DNA from: Podarcis vaucheri
Taxonomy: Eukaryota
Reading direction: 5' to 3' (one strand)
Assembly (NCBI GenBank): GCA_965113315.1
Contig: OZ220377.1
DNA length: 64,000 bases
Shown here piece by piece: positions 60,860 to 64,000 of the stretch (position 1 is the stretch's first letter; each line of letters begins with the position of its first letter). The notes under the pieces are model-generated. The model searched no databases. It worked only from the letters and a program-made list of their open reading frames with translations, and was not told the origin of the DNA. Both the position numbers and the translations under genes were made by a program.

Positions 60860-62289
60860 TAGTTCAATGGCAGCAGTTCCACTCATGAAAAGGCTGGAGG
60901 CGGCTGCTGGCAGGACACTTGTGGCAACATTGGAAGACTTAATCTGGGAGTAGCTGGGAGAGTGCAATGTAGATCAGCCTCCCCACCCCCACATGCTGGA
61001 GCCTGTGCATTCTTTTGAGCTCCTGGCTCCCTCTCCCTGCCCCCCCCCCTTCTCTTGCGTTCTCCTCTAGCACCAGGCCATCTTCTATTCTGCCTTCCTC
61101 CTCACCCCCCACCCTGGCTGCCTTTATGGATTGGTTAAATATGAGATTAACTGGGGTAAATGTTTTCAACATGCTTGCTTCCTCAGCCTCAGTGTTCTCC
61201 ATCTATGAAACAGGCACGTTCCCTAGAATGCCTATCTTTCCTTTAGCTGATATGCTGCACTAATATGCTGCGCTGCACTGCTGTTTGTGTTATACATGTG
61301 ATCTTGTGTGCGATGTGACCTGATGTGGCGGGGTTCAGAGTAATGGGGTCTACATGCACTCTTACTTCTTGCTTCATGTGGGACCTAGGTAACATATCTG
61401 TTTTGTGGGTTGGGGGGCTGGAATTCTCTGCAAGGCTTTGAAGCAGCACAGCTTTTTTGAGTACATTAGGTCCTAAAAATAACAGAAATGTGTAACTGTT
61501 GGTGACTTCAGGGGTGGGGGGAGAAATCCTTACCAGGTCAGCAACACAGAATTTACCTCTTAGCTGAAGTGCTGCCCATAGCTCTGACATGGACCCACAG
61601 ACAGTCTTCTACTAGTCTGAATACGACACTCAAGATTCTTGGGGAATAAGAGCTGTGTAGTTTGAAGAGCCTGCCATTGTGAGCATAAATGCACTTAGAA
61701 CTTTTAAATGTCCTGTCTCCAGATGCTTCAAAACAAGAAACTTGAAATGTTTTATTACTAAAATAACCCTCTACTGCTCTATTAGCCGCCAACAACTCAC
61801 TTGGGAGCATCTGAAAACAGGCAAGACTCAAGGGAAGCCTGTCAGCTACCCTTATGTTGGAATCCTAAACTAGATTGTTAGTCCTTCCAGTGCAGTACTG
61901 TCCTTGCCCTCGCTATCCCCCATCTTTGTTAGAAATCTGCAGAGCTTCAGACAGAGTGAGCAAATAGGTGTTACAAGGTCTCCCTTACAGGCTAAGCTGC
62001 ATCCGCCCCAGCACTGGGCACAACTCTCCAGACAGGTGTCTCTTACAGTTTTGTTACCTGAGACCTTTCATTGGAGAAGTCCGAGCCTTAACCCACAACC
62101 TTTTACAAACAAAGTGTGGACTTGCCAACTGCCAGAGACTGACATGTTGTAAACTGGTCAGATTTGCAAGCAGGGCTGGGCTCAAATGAACCACAAGGCA
62201 AAGGCAAAGACTGCTGGTGGCGGGGAACTGCAAAAGGCAATTTTTGCAAGGGAGTTCACCCTTCCACTTTGCCCCTAAGTATAGTGTAT

Positions 62290-62732
62290 AGTAAAAGCTA
62301 TGGTTTTCCCAGTAGTGATGTATGGAAGTGAGAGCTGGACCATAAAGAAGGCTGATCGCTGAAGAATTGATGCTTTTGAATTGTGGTGCTGGAGGAGACT
62401 CTTGAGAGTCCCATGGACTGCAAGAAGATCAAACCTCTCCATTCTGAAGGAAATCAGCCCTGAGTGCTCCCTGGAAGGACAGATCCTGAAGCTGAGGCTC
62501 CAAGACTTTGGCCCCCTCATGAGAAGAGAAGACTCTCTGGAGAAGACCCTGATGTTGGGAAAGATGGAGGGCACAAGGAGAAGGGGACGATGGAGGAAGA
62601 GATCGTGGGACAGTGTTCTGGAAGCTACCAGCATGAGTCTGACCAAACTGCGGGAAGCAGTGGAAGACAGGAGTGCCTGGCGTGCTCTGGTCCAGGGGGT
62701 CACAAAGAGGCGGACACGACTAAACAACAACA
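62290..62732 (+). mobile_element. Bov-B (RTE) LINE 3' fragment with 9-bp TSD
   Basis: Encodes WCWRRLLRVPWTARRSNLSILKEISPECSLEGQILKLRLQ...REDSLEKTLMLGK; (CAA)n tail. TSD atagtgtat at 62281-62289 and 62733-62741. Confidence 0.95.
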
Positions 62733-62949
62733 ATAGTGTATGTGCTGTGCAACCGCAGCATATGGCTAAATTGGGGGTTCTGCATGGCAGAGGAGTCCTC
62801 TATTTTCTAGGGTTTGCTCTCCTTGCAGTGGGCACCTGGGAAGGGCTGCAGCGAACTGCAATTCTCTCCTTTTTTTTCATGTGAGCAGAGCAGATCCCAA
62901 GCTCTCTTCCTCCTCCAAGAGTTGACAAATGTTAGAACTTGTATTTAAA

Positions 62950-64000
62950 AGTCACCGCCAGCATTAAAGGCCTGGCCTTTCCGCCGCTTGCCGTGCCCCG
63001 GAGAGGCTCTCAGCGAAGAAGGACGAGGCTCCTCTGGAAAGAGCTGGCCGGCACGGACGGCGAGGAGGCCTTCGCCCGGCCTCGCTCAGCGCGGCCCACT
63101 CGGACGGGAAGCAGTGGCGGCTCTGAGGGCGGGTGTCAGGCCAGAGCGCCGCCGAGAGGCCCTCCAGCTCCACCACGGAGGGTCCCCCAGGGCCCCTCGA
63201 GCGCGACCCAGGCGGGGAAACGCCTCAGCTAGCGGGGCGGCGGAGGAAGTTCCCTCAGGGAAACCGAGACGCCGCGTCCTGAGGTGGCTTCTCGCGCGCG
63301 CGCGCCTTTCCCGCCCAAAGGGGCCCGCGGGGGCGGGGGAGGAGAGAGGGTCGCGCAGGCGCGGAGGGGCGTGGCCAGGCCGCTCTCCTGCCCTCCCGCC
63401 CCCCCCCCGGAGGGCCCGAGTCAGGCCGGCCCGCCAGCCCCGCCGCCGCGCAGGCGCACTCCGCCCTTGCCACGGCTCCGCCCGGCCCGTGACGGGAGCC
63501 CCAATTGCCGCCGCCGCCGCCGCCGATCCGACCGAGCGGCTGGAGCGAGTGTCGCCGACGGGGCAGGAGGAGGGCGCGGCGGAGCGGAGCGGGAGGGCCA
63601 GGCGGCGGCAGCAGCTCACTCAGCAAGGTAGGGCAGGAGGGAGCGGCGAGGCGGAGGACGGACCTCTGAGCATGGGCAGAGCGCTGGACTGGGTCTCCCC
63701 TGGGGGCGAAGGCAGCCCGGCGGAGCTGCGGGACCTTCGCGCGCGGCGGCGGCGGCGACCCCCGAGGGGCTGAGGGGGCGGGGCTCCTCTCCCCCCTCCG
63801 CAGCCCCGCCTCTCCGACCCTGAGGAGCTAGCTCTCCGCGTGCAGAGGAGGAGTCGCGTGTCCACGTGTCCCGTGTGAATGCGGCCCCTCCCCGGTGGGC
63901 TCCCCGCGGCGAGGCTGGGCCGGTGTCCCGGGGGGCGACGGGTCTCGCTTTCTCCCGAGGAGGCCCCTCCGCTCTGGCTCTGCCGCCAACAACTTCGCTT
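62950..64000 (+). promoter_or_regulatory. MYO1C: CpG-island promoter, probably MYO1C, with a non-coding first exon ending at 63627
   Basis: Extreme CpG density and GC boxes; ATG-free GC-rich leader ending cagcaag|gtaggg. Gene identity is inferred from synteny and the upstream PTGE exon. Confidence 0.7.

Noticed and set aside
63879-63900. MYO1C isoform B (NM1, MRYRAS) exon
   Set aside because: It reads MRPLP with a phase-1 donor, which does not match the expected sequence or phase

Overview
Eukaryotic genomic DNA from a squamate reptile, probably a lacertid lizard (Sauria SINE, Bov-B/RTE, CR1, L2, L1 and hAT/Tc1-mariner MITEs are present). The window is GC-rich and holds four genes in tandem on the + strand, in the same order as human 17p13.3. 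These are the last six coding exons of SLC43A2 (LAT4), complete PITPNA (11 coding exons, 271 aa), complete INPP5K/SKIP (12 coding exons, 460 aa) and the 5' end of MYO1C (an isoform-A-like upstream exon plus a CpG-island first exon). I traced exon boundaries by hand from splice signals, frame continuity and recalled mammalian orthologue sequences. Almost all ORFs in the supplied track are spurious. There is no CRISPR array or other prokaryote-type system. The most promising novelty is an alternative INPP5K exon encoding a 92-aa N-terminal extension that I do not recall from human SKIP; it carries a canonical clathrin box (LLDLE) and an Akt-type site (RSRSAS). Other points of interest: a GC-AG intron, an 8-nt microexon and a 3'-UTR intron in PITPNA, a second promoter-like cluster where human PITPNA-AS1 arises, two strong CTCF motifs, and several TSD-bearing or nested transposon insertions.
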